The notes below the pieces were generated by a model, which made no database searches, was not told the origin of the DNA, and saw only the letters and a list, made by a program, of their open reading frames with translations. DNA of 64,000 nt, from the NCBI GenBank assembly GCA_030390025.1, contig JASTWF010000048.1, forward strand, positions 2,108,001-2,172,000, in the 5' to 3' direction. Source of the DNA: Squalus acanthias (lineage: Eukaryota). A program made the position numbers and the translations under genes. Positions 61,390 to 64,000 of the stretch are shown here, piece after piece; the stretch's first letter is position 1; each line of letters begins with the position of its first letter.

Positions 61390-61984
61390 CTTTTACTTGA
61401 AGCGTTTCTCTTAATAATTGAAAGCAGCGAGAACAGGAGCGTGGAGTCTTGTGAGGAGCCAACCCGCTCTTTAAAAATCATTGAGGAAACCCTGAGCAGC
61501 GTGAGGGAGTGATGCAGATATGGACACGTCCCCTTCCTCCAGCGAACCAATCAGAATCGATGTGCTTGCTAATTACCAATGGCTGACTGGACCTTATGCC
61601 GTTAACATTCCCAACAACGGTGTCTATCGCTCGTTTATTGTTTGCTAATCAGAAATGAAATTATCCACGTCTGGATTCTCGATTAGCCACATGTAGATTC
61701 CCAATTAGCCAAACCTTGATTCCCAGTTAGCCACATGTGACTCGTGGCTAACACATGGACAACACTGGTCTACAGTAAGCCCTTTTGTAACGTGAGGCAG
61801 TCGGTGCAACAATATCCGGGTCACATCGGGCTGTTCATCTATTCTATTGCATGGTTGGGCCTATGACGATCAGGAGGACTCAAAGACTCGCCCTTGACTG
61901 GGGAACTTGCAAACGGCCACACTGTATTCAGACTGCAGTGAACCCGTCCCACATCAGAGATAACACTCGCTGAGCTGGAACATG

Positions 61985-63672
61985 GCTTTGATCTTTGGGT
62001 CCTCACTGTCCACGGGAATGATGCCAGAGGACTGGAGAGTGGCCGAATGTTGTTCCTCATTCAAGAAGAGGAAATAGGAATGACCCTGGTAATTATAGGC
62101 CGGTTAGTCTACTTCGGTGGTTGGTAAGATAATGGAAAACGGTCCTGAGGGATAGGAGTTTATGACCATTGGAAAGGGGCAACTTAGTCAGGGATAGTCA
62201 ACACGGATTCGTGAAGGTAAGTCTTGCCTAACAAATGTGATTGAATTCTTTGAGGAGGTAACTAAGTGTGTAGATGAAGGTAGAGCAGGTTGATGTCGTA
62301 TACATGGATNNNNNNNNNNNNNNNNNNNNNNNNNNNNNNNNNNNNNNNNNNNNNNNNNNNNNNNNNNNNNNNNNNNNNNNNNNNNNNNNNNNNNNNNNNN
62401 NNNNNNNNNNNNNNNNNNNNNNNNNNNNNNNNNNNNNNNNNNNNNNNNNNNNNNNNNNNNNNNNNNNNNNNNNNNNNNNNNNNNNNNNNNNNNNNNNNNN
62501 NNNNNNNNNTTTAGTAAGGCGTTTGATAAGGTTCCCCATGGTCGGCTCATGAAGAAAGTAAGGAGTTGTGGGATAGAGGGAAATTTGGCCGATTGGATAA
62601 GTAACTGTCTATCTCATAGAAGGCAGAGGGTGGTGGTGGATGGAACATTTTCGGACTGGAGATCAGTTACCAGCGGTGTGCCACACGGGTCGGTGCTGGG
62701 TCCTCTGCTGTTTGTGATTTTTATCAATGACTTGGAGGAGGGGACTGAAGGGTGGATCAGTAAATTTGCTGATGACACCAAGATTGGTGGAGCAGTGGAT
62801 GAGGTGGAGGGCTGTTGTAGGCTGCAAAGAGACATTGATAGGATGCAGAGCTGGGCCGAAAAATGGCAGATGGAATTTAACCCTGATAAGTGCGAGGTGA
62901 TTCATTTTGGTAGGGCAAATTTGAATAAGCATTACAGGGTCAACGGCAGGGTTCTGAGGAACGTGGAGGAGCAGAGGGATCCGGGGGTTCATATCCACAG
63001 ATCTCTGAAGGTTGCCACTCAAGTGGATAGAGCAGTAAAGAAGGCCTATGGTGTGTTGGCGTTTATTAACAGAGGTTTTGAGTTTAAGAACCGTGAGGTT
63101 ATGCTGCAACTGTACAGGACCTTGGTGAGACCACATTTGGAATATTGTGTGCAGTTCTGGTCTCCTCACTTTCGGAAGGACGTGGAAGCATTGGAAAGAG
63201 TGCAAAGGAGATTTACCAGGATGCTGCCTGGTTTGGGGGGGAGGTCTTATGAGGAAAGATTGAGGGAGTTGGGGCTTTTCTCTTTAGAGCGGAGGAGGAT
63301 GAGAGGCGACTTAATAGAGGTTTATAAGATGATGAGGGGGATAGATAGAGTGGATGTTCAGAGACTATTTCCTCGGGTAGAGGCAGCTGTTACAAGGGGG
63401 CATAACTATAAGGTGCATGGGGGAGATATAGAAGGGATGTCCGAGGTAGATCTTTACTCAGAGAGTGGTTGGGGTGTGGAATGGACTGCCTGCTGTGATA
63501 GTGGAGTCGGACACTTTAGGAACTTTCAAGCGGATATTGGATAAGCACATGGGAGCACACCAGAGTGATAGGGAGTGTGATAGCTTGATCTTGTCTCGGA
63601 CAATGCTCGGCACAACATCGAGGGCCGAAGGGCCTGTGACTGTGCTGTACTGTTCCATGTTCTATGTTCTAT
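61985..63672 (+). mobile_element. 5'-truncated CR1 LINE inserted in the conserved block upstream of B13
   Basis: ORF 62549..63544 has RT motifs. TTCTATG tail. Flanks rejoin as GAGCTGGAACATG|AATGGCCACG, as in the paralogs. Confidence 0.9.
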
Positions 63673-64000
63673 GAATGGCCACGAATAAAAGAGCTAAATG
63701 GAAGAAGGAATAATTTCCTAGGTCTCCTAATGACCCACATTATTCCCCAAAAATCTGGCTTTTGAGTAAATAAGTATTTTGAAAACTCATAAAATCGTAG
63801 AGAGGTGTAGCACAGAAGGAGGTCATTCGGCCCATGCAGTCTGCACTGGCTCTTTCGAAGAGCAATCCAGTTAGTCCCACTCACCCGCTCTTTCCCATAT
63901 CCCTGCAGTTTTGCTCCTTCGAGTATTTATCCAATTCCCTTTTGAAATATGGAACTCTCGCCCCAAAAGGCTGCGGATGCTGGGGGACAATTGGAGCTCG

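Noticed and set aside
61790-61860. Plus-strand QQYPGHIGLFIYS peptide resembling V FR2 (inverted V relic)
   Set aside because: No Trp41, wrong Cys spacing, no YYC or RSS, and the frame is not kept among copies.
1-64000. Immunoglobulin, IgNAR or NAR-TCR cluster
   Set aside because: No D/J/C segments next to the V genes, no octamer noticed in promoters, and CAWS/CACS ends with CRE-like promoters fit a translocon TCR V array. An alpha/delta/gamma assignment is not formally excluded.

Overview
Vertebrate genomic DNA, most likely a cartilaginous fish (shark-type HE1/V-SINE, Deu-SINE and CR1 repeats). The window holds part of a T-cell receptor V-segment array, best matching TCR beta. There are 23 V genes or relics, all on the minus strand. 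Each complete one has a phase-1 leader exon, an intron, a V exon and a 23-bp-spacer RSS. They fall into three families: A ('YVEQSP...YYCACS', 5 copies), B ('SQTIRQTP...YYCAWS', resembling mammalian TRBV30, 14 copies) and C ('SQKMVQS...YFCACS', 4 copies). About 11 look intact. Three more are broken only by single-base indels that may be sequencing errors. The rest are true pseudogenes or stubs. No D, J or C segment is visible; RSS polarity points to lower coordinates. The main non-coding signal is a repeated regulatory layout around the V segments: co-oriented CTCF-like motifs downstream of nearly every family A and B RSS, a perfect AP-1 site overlapping the heptamer of family B RSSs, an E-box just beyond the nonamer, and ETS+CRE-like promoter elements. 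The spacers are duplicated cassettes filled with CR1/L2 LINE fragments, SINEs, a MITE and microsatellites, and many microsatellites coincide with N runs. Family labels A/B/C are mine. All coordinates were read by eye.
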